The notes under the pieces were generated by a model, which ran no database searches, had not been told where the DNA came from, and worked only from the letters and a program-made list of their open reading frames with translations. A stretch of DNA of 63,325 nucleotides, the filler included, from Octopus bimaculoides (taxonomy: Eukaryota), in the NCBI RefSeq assembly GCF_001194135.2. It is 7 parts of 7 records of this genome, joined end to end, with 100 filler letters (N's around TTAATTAATTAA, not from the genome) between each part and the next. Parts side by side here need not be neighbours in the genome. Positions count along the whole stretch, not along the records: positions 59,845 to 63,325 come from NW_026435630.1; 6 more parts are not named here. The stretch is one strand, 5' to 3'. Below, piece by piece: positions 62,734-63,325 of this stretch. Both the position numbers and the translations under genes were made by a program. Numbering within the stretch: the stretch's first letter is position 1; each line of letters begins with the position of its first letter.

Positions 62734-63325
62734 TAGTAGGTGAAGAGTTTGTGAGCACACACAATAGTAAGGATGGAAGCAGACCATATAGAAGGAATTA
62801 TAATAAAGATGTAAGCGGCGGCTGGGAATTTGCTACCCAGACCTAGGAACAACTCAGTATAGATTGGATATAAAGAAGAGAAGTGAAGCGGGTAATACAG
62901 TACAGTACAATAAAGCCAATTGTTAGATCTCTAAACAGAATATAAGTGCATGACTCAACCATGATAAGGATAGATATTAAATTAAAATAGGAACTGGGAA
63001 TAAGATAACAAACTGGGGATTTTAGTAAGAAGAGATGAGGTTCAAATCTTAGTATAAAACCTATAGAATATAATGGTAATAGCAAATAATGATAATATAT
63101 TGAAAGATTATTGAATATATCAGTGATGGGGCTTGAAAAGATTCCTAGGAGCAATGATTTCGGGATAAAATTATCTTAGCCCAATAATGAGACACAGTAG
63201 TAATGTAAATTAAAATAATAGCAATGATAACCTTCCAGGGGCAACAAAAATAATCTACCTATCGGGGATAACCAATAGTCATTAATAAATAAATTAATAA
63301 ATAAATTAATAAATATATTAATAAA

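Overview
AT-rich, microsatellite- and gap-rich animal genomic DNA. The SINE families and repeat density point to an octopus (inference). No CRISPR, rRNA, true tRNA or complete host gene is visible. Most identifiable sequence is transposable-element derived. From left to right the main elements are: a non-autonomous Helitron with both termini (21-2493); a Penelope-like (PLE) fragment with a 135-bp inverted duplication; a Tigger/pogo relic split by a SINE; a decayed full-structure Ty3/Gypsy element with both LTRs and a 5-bp TSD (11132-15666); four DD34D-type mariner derivatives, one of them a left-end/left-end foldback; three MITE-like elements; three DD37D (maT) derivatives; an RTE LINE 3' end; an R4/Dong-like RLE LINE fragment; and the 3' half of a Naiad-like PLE with an in-frame poly-Asn-expanded linker before its GIY-YIG endonuclease (59845-61925). 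Many copies of four SINE families are interspersed. The best host-gene signal is a lone 42-bp ankyrin-repeat exon (GNTPLHLAVILGHK, 20458-20499, minus strand) inside a CpG-eroded domain (~3.5-22.9 kb). A hammerhead-ribozyme core occurs at 51036-51088 (minus strand), but its proximal stem I is defective. Six 100-bp N44-TTAATTAATTAA-N44 spacers are artificial joins, so adjacency across them is not reliable. I found no clearly new biological system. The best leads are the poly-Asn PLE, the hammerhead candidate, the triple-TSD SINE pair and the foldback mariner. Family assignments come from motif recognition, not database searches.
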